64,000 nucleotides of DNA, from contig NC_134027.1 in assembly GCF_964204645.1 (NCBI RefSeq), forward strand, positions 1,272,485 through 1,336,484. The letters run 5' to 3'. The translations under genes and the position numbers were made by a program. This DNA is from Tubulanus polymorphus. Its lineage: Eukaryota > Animalia > Nemertea. The first letter of the stretch is position 1. The number at the start of each line of letters is the position of its first letter. Positions 40,544 to 54,896 of this stretch are shown piece after piece. Below the pieces are notes generated by a model. It was given only the letters and a program-made list of their open reading frames with translations. It was not told the DNA's origin and made no database searches.

Positions 40544-43500
40544 ATGCCAAAAGCACAGAGAAAAACCCGGGGTGCGGGCCCCTCAACTTCGAGCCCATAC
40601 GAAATAGTAAGTACAAATTTACTGCTTCCATGCTTATTTATTCATCCCATACTTAGTATTTTGTACCCCTGGGTCCAGTTTCACAAAAAGGATTAACGCC
40701 TAAATCGATTTAAGATAAATTGAATTAATGAAGAAATCAAATCGATTTAAGAGTTAAACCTGTTTGTGAAACTGGGCCCTGAATTGCATCTAGAATGAAA
40801 AAAAAGAAAAAAAAAATATTGAAAATAACGTTGGTGAAATATTTCTGTATCTTTCTGGATTTCTGCTCAATGCATCGTTTAGTAAAATATCGATATTCTT
40901 TAAAAGTAAAGATATAAGAATGAAAATATTGTATTGAATCGTGATTAGTTACTGTATGCGCTGCTAGTTGTTGCCCAACCCATAGCCTCATTTCTCTCCA
41001 TTCTAAATTTGCATTGTTTAACATTGCCTGGTTGCTATGGAAACTATTTATTTAAGTTTCTTTGTGGTATCCATGGCAACAGTAACGTTTAGGTAGTGGC
41101 ACCAATTATGGGTCCCAACGTTCCCATGGCGATACATGAGAACATTTATCCTATTTTTGACCTTCATGACGTAAGATGGTAGTGAGTCGATGACGTCATT
41201 TTCGTCTCACCACTAATGAAAAAAAAAATGAAATTAAAAAAAAGGAAAAAATCGTTAGAATTACGTTTATAAAATTTTTCTGGATCAGCTAAATGTATTG
41301 TTCCATTAAATATCGACATTCTCTAAAATCATAGGCATCAATATCAAAATGATGTTACAGCAGACTCCGCTTAACTCTGTTCTATTTGGACCATTAATTA
41401 ACCGAATACCAACTTTTTAAATTTTAGGATTTTAACTTTAAGGATCAGAAAATGTGTATGCAATATCAACCGGGTACCGAGTAGGGTGGCCGAGTCTACT
41501 GTAGTCTGCTGCCCCCTCGAATCCATTACCTTATTATCTCTCAATTTGCATTGTTTGACCTCGTCTGGTTGCTATGGAAACTATTTAGTTATATCAGGAA
41601 CGGTTTTTTTGTGGTAACCAGTGGCAACATTTAACAGGCGTGTCCGTCCTAGAGATAAACTGTCTGATTTCACAGCCACATCCGTCCTAGAGATAAACTG
41701 TTAGATAAACTCTGATTTCGCATCCGTCCTATTTCTTGTCATTGTATGAATATGTTTTCTCTTTTATAGAGAACTCAACAACAACAACAACAACAGCAAC
41801 AACAACAACAACAACAGCAGCAACAGCAGCAACAGCAACAACGTTTCAACATATCCATGTCTGGGATTGACGTAAGTTATCGTAAACGCCTGTTTGAAGT
41901 CATCATTCTTGAGCTTGAAACCGAAATTTATATATATAGAATATTAAACCCTGCTTCTGCTACTGACAGGTAATGTCCGTCATACATTACTGCATCGTCA
42001 AATCTATACCAGGGTGCACCCAGTCTGATCGTTCGCATCATCACATGCAAAGGGCTGATTATTTTGGAACCCAGTTTTTATCAGCTGGAACATTCTGCAC
42101 ATTCGACCATATTGATTGATAGCCCGTTATAGACGAGTGGAGAAAAACTGAAAAACCAGTTCAATGTTACCTCATGGTAAACAAAAGGGAATTTCAATGA
42201 GTTTAACTCACATTTACAGAGTTTTAACGAGGTTAGACTGATTAACCATTATTCCATCAATGGTGTGTTCTGTCCATCAAGGCTCCTCAGACGCACCGAG
42301 CAGTCAAATGCAGCAGTAGCGCGAGGGTCGGGTGTTCTCGTGTGGGCAGACGGTCCGAACCCCAAAACCATTTACTTACACTATACAAATCAGATCAGGT
42401 TTTTAACATTGTCTTTGATTGTATTTTCAGTTTCTGCCGACAACGCCGACAACGCCGCCAAGCGGTACTTCTACGCCGGTAAGTGACAACTATTTTCTAA
42501 TAAATCACGCTTATTTCAATTTGTAATTTAAAAATAGAGGGTAGTAGCTGTTTTGCATAAATTATGCTAATTAGGAATAAAATCAAATTCGATTAAGTCT
42601 CATCATCGTAGAAGTCATATATTAATGATGCTATCTACAGTTGTCATTTAAATTAAGTGTTATATTTACTACTTAATTTGCTTCATGACCCAAAAGCCTC
42701 TACTATATAACTACTGGTTTTGTTCTAATCTTGGAGAATTTGCTGCAAAATTTACTTATCATTCGTTAATCAGTTTTTATTGAAAACCCGAATCAGTGAT
42801 ACATGCATTCATGAATATCCATCTAATATTTTGTTTTATTTTATCTTTACAGAACATATCACCGATACAGCACGTGGATGTAAGACATTAAACATTGATC
42901 TTGAATTTTAAGTTCAAACTAATTTATTTTTTATCTCACTTTGGACTATAGTTATTGCGTTCACTTTGTGTCCAGTTGTCTCGGCTAGTTTTTGATTTAT
43001 CGTGTTGATAATTGGTTTATATACTGAAACTACTCAAACTCAAAATATTGGCGCAATGTGAATTAAGATGTCGGACTTGTATGACCATTTTTCCCGGCAA
43101 AATCAGCACTTTAGGATCAATTCTGTTGTTGTTATATTACATTTAAATCAGAGTTTAATATATATCAGTATAGAGCAGGTTTTTGCTCTAGTTATAAATA
43201 AAGTTATAAATAATCTCATGACATGTTCTGTGTATGTGTAGTGAGTTTCAATGTCTTTGGTTCCTTTTAAACCAGGGGGAGTTAAATTTGAAAATGTCAG
43301 ATCGTCGAGCATTTCAGACCACTTCCAAAGTGGGTCCCTGCACCCCTAGTTATACCGTTAATATTTTAATAATACATTAATATTTTTATTTGATAGAATA
43401 TATTGATATACCATACATTGATATCGGTCTTGTAATTGGATCAACAACCATGAGATCAAAACACAGCAAATATGAACCTGCTGTGAATCAATAGATTTGT

Positions 43501-46500
43501 GATAAATGTAATGAAATTGTTATTTTTCATGTTGACTTTTTGAGTTAAGGGTCTGTTGTATAAGAGTCTTTGGTCTCGCGTGTCAATGTATGATATCAAT
43601 CTGTTGTATTTCCTCGTTCCAATGTTTAAAAGGTGTTCGTCACCTTATATTAATAAACTACTTTTACCGTTAGATGGCGCCATAGGTGTGATATTTGATT
43701 TATGGGATACCCGCAAAACCAGCTATTCCACCAGAGAGCGCAACGAGTAGTAGGTCGTTCGTTGTCAAAATTAGTTCATTTTCGATGAACTTTGAACTGG
43801 TTTGAAGAAGAAATACTTTCATTCTTCTACTCTGATATCGGTTTAGTTTTCATTAATAATTGATTCATTTAAGAGAACAATTCATTCAGATTTAATTGAA
43901 ATGTACAAGAAAATCGAACGCAGACGACCAACTATTTACTAGCGACACCTGGTGGATCCTCGCCTGCCATAAGTGGAATCCTCGATTGCCACAGTAAGAC
44001 TGCGGGTATCCCATTGTTTGGCGTGTGAAGTAAAGTAAAGTTAGAAAACGGATGTTTAACTTTGTTGTGAAACGAAAGCATTTTGGAGATTTTTAAACCA
44101 ATCAAATCAATATTTTGATATTACGCTTGAAACCCTTCCCACTCATATTCTACTTACTAAGTATATATTCTTGTTTCCGTGGAAATCATGGTGAGTGGCG
44201 CCATCTATACAGTGGAGTTAGCTTTATAAATCGAGTATGATTTGACAAGTGGCTCCATCTATTCCCTAATACTGAAGCGAGGTAACCAGCAGCGCCCTCA
44301 TATACAGGAAATGAACGCCTATCAAGTTTAACAATGCACGGTGTATTGACCACCGCGACCGGTGATAATTATATCAATGTTGATTAGCTATTGCCATAGA
44401 CAGGTCCGTAGCGTTTGGCTGGAACAGAATGGGGCCCGCTAACAAAAACAAATTTTGAAAACGTGCCCAGATAAATTGCCTCTGGGAGATTGATTTAACG
44501 AGGTTTTGATTAAATGAACAAATTTTAATATTGTTAATTTAACATTTCTGTTTTTAATTTTTCTTTGTAAGGAACTGAATTTTCGAACCCCCCTGAACCG
44601 CTTCAAGCTACGTCCCTGATATAGTGCTAGCTATACCTGAATACTTTTCTCTTATTGAAATTGTCTAAAAAAGCTGCACCTTGAACTAATGAACATCATA
44701 TGAAAAATGTTGAAAAGTTCAACCGTTTATGAATTTGACTAATGTATTTATATTATTTTCATTTCTAGGGTCATATCGGTCGCCTTGCTCCGTCTCCGTC
44801 TCTTAATGTAAGTATCAGTGACGCCCTCAATCTCACATGCCTCACTTTTCTCCTAGTGTACTGGTTCTTATGAAATTCCTCAAGAAAATATATACTGATA
44901 ATCTTAGAATACATGTTTTTGTTCCCAGACCCCTTCATTCTACTGTGAACTATTGTGTAATTAGTGCCTGATGTGTTAATTTTCTATTGCATTGATTTTT
45001 ATATTATTTCTATTTACAGTCTGACCTAAACAACAGTAGCAGCAGCAGCAGCAGCAGCGCACCCCTCCCGCCGGAGACGCCTCCCGACTTGCAAGCACGA
45101 AGTAAGTTCAGTCTTCAAATACAATTTCAATGCATTCAATTTTTTGTATGGTGTTAAAACAGTTAAAGTTGTGACCAGTTTTCATAACTCTGTGACGTCA
45201 GGTTCGGTGTAGGACAAAATACAATATCATATTTCCTTCGAGTACCGGCCCCTTTCCTACGGTTTTTGCCAATATTTCTAAATTTGGATTGAATGATCGC
45301 CAGCGGTTTTTCTATACGACCCGGCTCTGCTGTATTGCATTTAGCCATCCTTTTCTTGGCGTTTTTGTGATAAGAAGGTGTTTGATTTTGTGTCTAAGGG
45401 ATTTAGGAATTCAAGAGAGACTTGCACTCTCTATACAGTGAGTACTTGTACTCTCTATACAGTGAGTTTGTCCTGTTTTTGTTCCCTCGTGAATTTTACG
45501 TTTGTTTGGTCTAATTTAATTTATTATAATCAAATCAAATCAGTGCATCTTTCTTGAATTGCGTGTATGTTATCAAATATCTGTTATATTTAAACCGAAT
45601 ATTTAATTGTTGTATTTTGAATGCGATAATGCCGCTCCCTGCTCAAGTCCAGCGTCGTCGTCGTCGTGAGGGATGCGGTCATCTGTTCGGGCCCTGATTA
45701 CGTTCTGTGTTCGTGGTGTTGGGCTAAATCGGGCGTTCGAGTTAATCCTTCCTGGACTTGCGGTTTGTGGTCGGAAGATCCATGGTTCACCGGTCAATCA
45801 ACGGTTCATCTGGTTCAGTTTCTGACTAGTATTACCTGCACATGACCAGTCCGGTCCGGGCTATTCCTAGCACCGGTCAAGGCATCACCGGGTACTGAAC
45901 ATCCGGTCAGCTCCGTGCACCGGGCCGGTCCAGGCATCACCGGGTACTGAACATCCGGTCAGCTCCGTGCACCGGTCCGGTCCAGGCATCACCGGGTACT
46001 GAACATCCGGTCAGCTGCGTGCACTGGTCCGGTCCAGGCATCACCGGGTACTGAACATCCGGTCAGCTCCGTGCACCGGGCCGGTCCAGGCATCACCGGG
46101 TACTGAACATCCAGTCAGCTCCGTGCACCGGGCCGGTCCAGGCATCACCGGGAACTGAACATCCAGTCAGCTCCGTGCACCGGGCCGGTCCAGGCATCAC
46201 CGGGTACTGAACATCCGGTCAGCTCCGTGCACCGGGCCGGTCCAGGCATCACCGGGTACTAAACATCGGTTTTGTGCGATTCATTTGATTCTGATGTTTC
46301 AAATTTGAAACATAGTTATCATGGCTCCAGTTTTGGTAAAGGGCGCTCTCCTACCAGATGCAGGAGTAAGGTCACCTTCACTGAGATCGAGACCGTTTAG
46401 GAAGTTCAAGTCGAGGGACCGTTTAGGAAGTTCATGTCTTTCACGTCGAAGGACCGTTTAGGAAGTTCACGTCGAGGGACCGTTTAGGAAGTTCATGTCT

Positions 46501-49500
46501 TTCACGTCGAGGGACCCTTTAGGAAGTTCACGTCTTTCACGTCGAGGGACCGTATAGGAAGTCCTCACAAGAATCGGGATTTCCGCAATTTCGAAAGTAA
46601 AGTAAGACTTAAACTTGTTATTTTCATCTAAGCTACCGCAGTCACAGGTAGGCCTATTCCTAATTGCCCGGTTAGAAGTTCACCAACCCACTCATCAGTT
46701 ATTCAGAATTCTGACTGAATTTCTGATTTCAACGAGGATCTTGTTCCTGACGCAATAAGCTTTTTACCCCTCAGCCGTAGGACGCAAGGGGTATTGTTGT
46801 CACGTGTGTCCGTACGGGCGTGGGCAGATGGGCGTGCAGCTATTGCTCCCACTCTGCAGGCTTCAGTTTTTCGTTGATTTTCTTGTGACTTGGTATGTTT
46901 ATTTTAGGTGTGAGGAAGATGAGCCCTATTGTTTTTGACAAATATACGTCATCCAAGATGGCCTCCACAGCCGTTTTGATGTGTGAAATAGCTATTTTGA
47001 AGCTTATTCCCGCTCTACAGACTTAAGTGTTTGTTTGATTTTCTTGTGACTCGAGCAAAAGGAGGATGAACTCTACTGTGTTTGATGTGTGTAGGTCATC
47101 AAAGATGGCCACCACAGTTATATCAGTGTCTTAAATAGCCGATTTGGAGCTTGTTACATCTCTAAGGTGTACAGGTTTAGACTATATAATTTTATTCATA
47201 GTTGTACTGTGGTTTATTTATGGTGGTCGGAGGATGAGCCCTACATGATTCACTGGTCGAGGGTCAATGTCTAGTTTGTTAAACGTGGAGGAACTCGTGC
47301 TATGCCCTCAGGCGGTCCCCGGTGAATCCGTCACTATAGCAACTGATTATGACCGCCATGTTGGACGTTATACAACGGCAACAATGGAAATTTGACAACA
47401 AAAGATTGATTTTATTGATCAACACGTTCCATAGCGTCCAGTCCAAAATGTCGACATGTTATTTTGTAGAACCTCTGTAGGGGCCTTGCTGTGGATGCTG
47501 ACTATACTCAGACATCGATTGTAGAACCTCTGTAGGGGCCTTGCTGTGGATGCTGACTATACTCAGACATCGATTGTAGAACCTCTGTAGGGGCCTTGTT
47601 GTGGATGCTGACTATACTCAGACATCGATTGTAGAACCCCTGTAGGGGCCTTGCTGTGGATGCTGACTATACTCAGACATCGATTGTAGAACCTCTGTAG
47701 GGGCCTTGTTGTGGATGCTGACTATACTCAGACATCGATTGTAGAACCTCTGTAGGGGCCTTGCTGTGGATGCTGACTATACTCAGACATCGATTGTAGA
47801 ACCTCTGTAGGGGCCTTGCTGTGGATGCTGACTATACTCAGACATCGATTGTAGAACCTCTGTAGGGGCCTTGCTGTGGATGCTGACTATACTCAGACAT
47901 CGATTGTAGAACCTCTGTAGGGGCCTTGCTGTGGATGCTGACTATACTCGGACATCGATTGTAGAACCTCTGTAGGGGCCTTGCTGTGGATGCTGACTAT
48001 ACTCGGACATCGATTGTAGAACCTCTGTAGGGGCCTTGCTGTGGATGCTGACTATACTCAGACATCGATTGTAGAACCCCTGTAGGGGCCTTGCTGTGGA
48101 TGCTGACTATACTCAGACATCGATTGTAGAACCTCTGTAGGGGCCTTGCTGTGGATGCTGACTATACTCAGACATCGATTGTAGAAACTCTGCTAGGAGC
48201 ATTGCGCTCGTATTATTGTGTAACTCCGTGTGCTGTGGACTAGAGTCTCATCTGCCCACATTGCGGTTCAGTCTGGTATTCCTCTGCCTAAGTCTGGTCT
48301 GGTGGTAGTAACATCAATCCTGGATAACCTTACCAGGGTTTATAGTTCGTTCCAGGATATAGCTGTATTAACAGGTGAGCTACGTGAGACTCGCAGCCGT
48401 CCGTGGGTGGCTCCGAGCCTGAGATGGCTGGCTCCGAGCCTGAGTCAGTTACCCAGGTTATTCAATCCTTGGCTCCGTCTGTCCATTATCATTTCGGGGT
48501 CAGGTTAATCTTATTTTAGCTTCCCGCCAATCGGACTTGGACGGCGGGTCTAAGGTCTGTCTGCTAGATATGGACTCAATTAGGACTCTCTGTACCACCA
48601 GTTATCCCACTAGATGGCGTGTGTGTGATCAGTGCGACAACCTTGTCAAAATCTAGTTCATTTTCAATGAACTGTCATCTAGATTTTTAGCCTCCCTTAT
48701 CAGAAATTAGGCAAATTACTCCTCAGATGATCTTTAGGTTCATATTTAAGGTGGTTTTTACTGATCACTGTTCAAAGAATTTGAGAAATTATGGAAAGAT
48801 TTGAATTGAATCTGAGAAGAAATCCGGGAGTTGTCTGAATGCACACTAGCGACACCTGGTGGATCCACGATTGCCACAAGTGGAATCCTCGATTGCCACA
48901 GTCGAACGTAGAGTATTAAGAGCTCAATTAGGTTCTTCTTCACGTCTCTTCTCCGGTTGGAGTGCTCCAGTTTTGACCGAACGGAGGAATATTTGAGAGG
49001 TGCAGATTCAAGTCCACCACGCGTAGATGCGTTTTGGCGGCTCGACTCAAACAATGCCAGCTCAAGCATCCATACTTTCTCAAGCGGCTTCTAATGCTGG
49101 TTGGAGAACAAGCGGACAGCTCCAACATTCTCGTGCCCCTTCTGGTCAAAATAATTCTAGTTCATATCGGTGAAAGAGGAATGCTCCTAAAAGGAGCTCT
49201 TCCTCACGGAGAACCTCAAAATGAATTCTCGGGGCCAGTGGGACGATGTCTATAACGAGCAGCCACCTACTGATCCGGCGTTCCCGGGTCGTATCACGGC
49301 GGCTACTGTCTTCAATTCTGAACACCTCCCGACACGCGCCCGAAAGCAGGTCACGAGACGCTCATCTCGTCGGCTCTCGAAGATCTGGCCAAACAGAGAG
49401 CAATAAAACCGGTACGGGACGAAGCCACACCCGGATGGTTTTCACGAATATTTATGCTCCCGTAGGCCACAGGGCGTCAATGGACTTTAATAATAGACCT

Positions 49501-52500
49501 ATCATTCCTCAATCGGCACATGATATCCCGAGGTTTCCAATTACCAAACCCAGATGGTAATTCTCCGCCCAGGTCGATGGGCGGCTTCATTGGACCGGGA
49601 AGTTCCTATTCACCGGAGAACTCGTCAATTTCACGGAATAAAGCGGAAAGGCCGCCAGTTCCAATTCCGGTCTCTTCCAGTCGGCCTCAGTACAGCCCTG
49701 GGTATTTACCAGCTTGGGTCAAGTCCAGACTACAGTCATAGGTTTCATAGATATGGAAGAAAAATAATTCCAGGGAACATTTTGAAATTTGTCAGTTATA
49801 ACCATGGTTTCTCATTGTTGCTATCGTGGTTGTCACCCAGATTGGCGATTATAACCAAGTATTTGTCTGTTGGTTTACCTCGACGACTGGTTACTAGTAC
49901 CCAACTCGACTATAGAATGTCAGGAGGCGGTGACCACTGTCGTAGACTTAGTTCACCAGTTAGGGTCCCGGGTAAACTAAGTAAAATCTCACTTGATGCC
50001 GTCCCAACAGTTCACATATCTAGGCATGGACTTCGATCTCCGGATTAGCACAGTCTTTCCGTCCATGGCTCGAGTAGCCAATCTTCAAGAAGCTGTATGG
50101 CGGTATTTACAACAACCGCGAGGACGGCTAGTTATCGGTCACGCCTGTGGCTAAATGCAATCTCTGGCAATCTCCAAATTCTCGGAGAATATTACCTAAA
50201 ACCATAGGAAAGGGTAAAGCACTACTCGGAAATACAAATTTTATTTCCAAAAATTATGATATAATATGGATTGCAGCTGTGTGGAAGAAGTTTTTAAAAT
50301 TATTTAGGAGCTTATAATTTGAATACATGAATTGAGAACAATTTGAAATGTGTTGATATCCAAAAGTGTCTCCATTGACTTCACTCATTCACCTGATGAA
50401 GCTTCTATACATTAGTACCCAAAGCTTGTGTGTCAAATAAACTAGTTACACGTCCTATAAAGTACTACTTGTCTCGTTATATATTCTAAACCCCAGTTAA
50501 CAATTCCAGTAAGTCAGGTTTAGGGAATAGATATTTAAACCTTGAGATGAAACCGATGTGATACAATTCCAGTAAGTCAGGTTTAGGGAATAGATATTTA
50601 AACCTTGAGATGAAACCGATGTGATACAATCCCAGTAAGTCAGGTTTAGGGAATAGATATTTAAACCTCGAGATGATACCGATGTGATAGAATTCCAGTA
50701 AGTCAGGTTTAGGGAATAGATATTTAAACCTTGAGATGATACCGATGTGATACAATTCCAGTAAGTCAGGTTTAGGGAATAGATATTTAAACCTTGAGAT
50801 GAAACCGATGTGATACAATTCCAGTAAGTCAGGTTTAGGGAATAGATATTTAAACCTTGAGATGAAACCGATGTGATACAATCCCAGTAAGTCAGGTTTA
50901 GGGAATAGATATTTAAACCTTGAGATGATACCGATGTGATAGAATTCCAGTAAGTCAGGTTTAGGGAATAGATATTTAAACCTTGAGATGAAACCGATGT
51001 GATACAATTCCAGTAAGTCAGGTTTAGGGAATAGATATTTAAACCTTGAGATGAAACCGATGTGATACAATCCCAGTAAGTCAGGTTTAGGGAATAGATA
51101 TTTAAACCTTGAGATGATACCGATGTGATAGAATTCCAGTAAGTCAGGTTTAGGGAATAGATATTTAAACCTTCAGATGAAACCGATGTGATACAATTCC
51201 AGTAAGTCAGGTTTAGGGAATAGATATTTAAACCTTGAGATGAAACCGATGTGATACAATTCCAGTAAGTCAGGTTTAGGGAATAGATATTTAAACCTTG
51301 AGATGATACCGATGTAATACAATTCCTGTAAGTCAGGTTTAGGGAATAGATATTTAAACCTTGAGATTAAACCGATGTGATACAATTCCAGTAAGTCAGG
51401 TTTAGGGAATAGATATTTTAACCTTGAGATGATACCGATGTGATACAATTCCAGTAAGTCAGGTTTAGGGAATAGATATTTAAACCTTCAGATGATACCG
51501 ATGAATTTAGCAATTTTGAATGAATTAAACCAATAGATTTCCAAAAGAGATTTCGATCCTAAGAATATTGGAAGCTTGTGTTTAACGTTACTAAATAGTA
51601 ATATTATATAAAGCTAGAAGGACACGAGGGTATCCATTTTTTTGCCCGATCGCAACGATTAAATTCGCCGGTGAATTTATACGCCCGATACGAGCGGGTA
51701 CCGATCTATTTATAAACCGGCCATCACGGTGATTTCCTCGCCCACCGACATTAAACATTTTCGATATTTATGCCGGTGTTCGCTCGTCTTGTCGGCAAGC
51801 TTAAAAAGATTTAGAAAAAAATACAAATTCTCATTCGTGAATGAACTGGATTCACCTGGGTTCAGTTTCATGAGACACAGTTCAAACTGCTCTAGAATTT
51901 GAGTTTGTAATTAATGTATGTGATTATAATGAATTGTATTTTTTGTTTTACAGCTTTGGCATTTCGGTTAAGTCGTGCGTTCCGGCGGGAGGAGTTTGTA
52001 CGTTTGTTTCTCCCGGAGTGTAAGTAGTTTAACTATTTTCATACTATATCATTCAGTGTGACGTGTGTCACTGAATCAGGCGCGGATCCAGGAATTTTTC
52101 CAAGAGGGGGTTCATAAAAATCCTGACTAAAATCTCTAATGATAGCCGGGGCCTATACGGCATATTGTTTGGCCAAACATAAGATCATATGGTACCGGTT
52201 TTTTGGCTTTTCTCGAGTAAGCATTTACATTCCTTCAAGAAAACAAATTTTTAGAATTTTTGGTAGCTGATCAGCGGGGTCACGACCCCTGAAACCCTCC
52301 CTGGATCCGCGCCTATGATATCTCCTCAAAATCTAATAAAAACATTCAACAAATTAATGCTATAATGACGATATGTAGCCTGTTATATCTGTCTATTTGA
52401 ATGCATTTGCATAAAGAAATAGTTGCGGAATTATCAACCGCAAGTAAAAGTGTAACCCTAGTGGGTCTTAAGAGACGGCCAGAGCCTTTTTATAGGTTGT

Positions 52501-54896
52501 TATGGCTCACAACCTGACTTGAGTTAGCTGTACGGACCTGTCAGATTAGTTACTTCGAGAAGTTATGTTAGTCACATTTTCTGACTATATTCTGGAAAAC
52601 AGTGGAAGCTTGTATCCACCCTAGATTAGAACCAATCAGAATAGAACCAATCAGAATAAAACCAATCAGAATAGAACCAATCAGAATAGAACCAATCAGA
52701 GGAAAGTGTTATCTCTGATCGGGTTAACTCGAGATATAAGCAGCTGTTGATGTGAAACCTGCGGCCGCGGTATCAACGTCTTACTATAATACGCTATTTT
52801 ACAGATAATTGATTTATGACAGGGTTTGGTTAATTAGCATTTTTTCTCGAGTAGTTGCCGAAAAAGCATAAAATTCGATTCAATTTCATTCAGATTTAAA
52901 CGAACAAATCAAATTTAATTTAAATAAACTTCAAATCTAATTAAAATTTTGTTCAGTATGAATAAGTTGCAAATCATTGAGAGGAAAAAATAATTAATTG
53001 TGTTACTTAAAAAAATCACAATTGTACTGTGTTTATCAAAACAGGAGACCACAGGACCTTTGGTCCTCTAGTATTCTTTTCCTGGCAATTCCAAAAACAC
53101 TAAAACAGTCCAATCAATGATCGCTGCCAGACCAACACGATTACATTGAAATCAAACTTAAGTAGCATCAGGCGCCCCCTGTTGGAATAATATTCATAGC
53201 CGTAGCATCGAAACCATTCGACTTGTTGTTTAATGTATTTCTCTCTATTTTTATTTTACAGTGGTGAACATTTTAGAAGAATGTCCGTTTGGGGACTTGG
53301 TGGGGGAATTCAAAAGAAACTTGGTTCCCGATAGGATACCACCACCGGTTAATCCTATGTCGCCCGCTGCTGCCCCTCCCCCACGTCCATTAAATTCGCC
53401 TCAGCAGCGGCCTGTCAGACAGCCGCCCCCGGCCGCCACTCGTTCGTCAGACAGAGTCCGGGGACGGCTGTTTGAAGGAGATCTGACGGAGGTAAGAATC
53501 TTTATTTGTTTTCATATTTTATTCAGGATATCAGTTGAAGTTCAGCAAATAAATTACCCTATATGTCTACAGTTAGCCACTAATTCAACAAAAACCTGTT
53601 AACGGAAAAGAAGTTATAAATTTCCGTTTGCGGGTAAAACCCCATAGTCGAAAACCTTCGGGTTATTGATCTATATCTGCATAAGACCAATGGTTGTACA
53701 CACGATTGCGAAAACTTATCCGTGGTAACGCGTAGAGTACACTATGCGTGACTTACCGTTTCCTATCACTGGAAAACAATACTGTTTTTGACCATGAGCG
53801 CCATCTGCGGCGGTCATACGGACTGACTGGTCATTGGCTGAAATGCTCGTCTCTTGTGGTGACGATTATTCGGTGTTACACGTGCAGCAGACACGTCTCT
53901 GAATATCTAACATATCACATATTTCCCGACAACATTTGATTTTGTTGTAACTCATCGGAAAAATGTGTTTATGAGTTGATTTTTCGTCGAAATTTTGTTC
54001 CGCAAATAATTGGCTGTGTACGTCAAGAAGGCAGCTGATATTTGTATCGTGTGACCTCTCGGCCCGGTAATAAGCCGACACACATACACCAGATGCTTAT
54101 TCCGTTGTATTGGATATAAACGCTGGCGTGCTCGTGACTTCCAGCAATGTTCTTATTCACCAAAAATATCATGTTTTGTCCGAGTCTGGATTGAACGGAT
54201 GACACGTTCAAACAGAACTACGAAATCAATTCCAGAAGTCGTTTTATATTGAAACGGTCCCAGAAGTCCCTGGTCTAATGGATACTTTTTCAAAAAAAGT
54301 AACGAGAACTCCGATGGCTTTACGTATCAGATTTCTATAAGCGTCACTCGTAGCTATACCTAAGCGCCACCTTGTGGCACGATATCCTACCGATAACTAC
54401 ATATAGGTGTTTTATTTGCTGAATCGCTGGTTTTCTCATTCTGATTTTTTATACTCGTGTTTGATTTTATACTAAACAAATTTTTCATTTTTTCTCTTTA
54501 CAGACACGACCACCGCCAAAAAAAACAAGATCAAAACGAAAAAGAAAAGTTGCGGTCGTCGTGGCTCCGCAGGGAGGAGGAGCAAGAGTGGTCCCGGCGG
54601 ATGGTGCGGCTGACGAAGGTAATCGGGAGGAAGGGGAGGGGATAAATAGGAAGCGGCCGAGGAGGGATGGTGGTGGGGCTGGGGATGGTGCGGGTCCTGC
54701 TCCTCCTGCTCCTCCATCCGTATCTCGGGCGGTCACTCGTTCACTCGCCAAAAAGCTGGCGAGTGAACGAGTGGCCCGAGAGGTAGAGGTGGTGGCCCGA
54801 CATACGGATGGAATGTGGGAGGAGCGGCTTCGTTCGGGGACAATTCCGGATTTGTTAAACGATTTAAAAAATATTCTTTCAGTGAAGGGATATTAG
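40544..54896 (+). CDS. Predicted 9-exon orphan gene, 349-aa low-complexity/disordered, probably nuclear protein (Q22 tract, S8 tract, Pro-rich, basic NLS)
   Basis: Exons 40544-40606, 41770-41871, 42431-42478, 42853-42879, 44769-44807, 45020-45101, 51954-52019, 53262-53491, 54504-54896. All have pyrimidine-rich AG acceptors and GTAAG donors; intron phases 0,0,0,0,0,1,1,0 join into a 1050-nt stop-free frame MPKAQRKTRGAGPSTSSPYEIRT(Q)22RFNISMSGID...LAFRLSRAFRREEFVRLFLPELVNILEECPFGDLVGEFKRNL...PPPKKTRSKRKRKV...LKNILSVKGY*. No family recognised. Confidence 0.8.
40672..40778. mobile_element. Short Harbinger-like MITE, TSD CTG (intron 1)
   Basis: ggtccagtttcacaaa ... tttgtgaaactgggcc. Confidence 0.75.
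44401..44618. mobile_element. Degenerate MITE
   Basis: caggtccgtagc ... gctacgtccctg imperfect TIR; no clear TSD. Confidence 0.5.
45881..46266. repeat. 52-bp GC-rich tandem repeat, ~7.4 units (intron 6)
   Basis: Unit ggcatcaccgggtactgaacatccggtcagctccgtgcaccgggccggtcca. Confidence 0.95.
46390..46562. repeat. Short irregular tandem repeat gagggaccgtttaggaagttcacgtc (26/35 bp)
   Basis: About six copies read directly. Confidence 0.85.
46761..47362. mobile_element. Possible Helentron-associated (HINE/DINE-1-like) non-autonomous element; 3' part also at 1-406
   Basis: T-rich start with tacccct...aggggta inverted repeat, gtccgt-like tract, ~150-bp internal repeats and terminal ggcggtc...gaccgcc hairpin. 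Confidence 0.35.
47465..48186. repeat. 55-bp tandem repeat, 13 units
   Basis: Same unit as 509-1450; 220 bp (4 units) shorter. Confidence 0.98.
50501..51503. repeat. 63-bp tandem repeat, ~16 units
   Basis: Same unit; 378 bp (6 units) shorter than copy 1. Confidence 0.98.

Noticed and set aside
53458-53476. VRGRLF as a cyclin-binding RxL motif in the orphan protein
   Set aside because: The residue two before Leu is Gly, so it does not fit the consensus.
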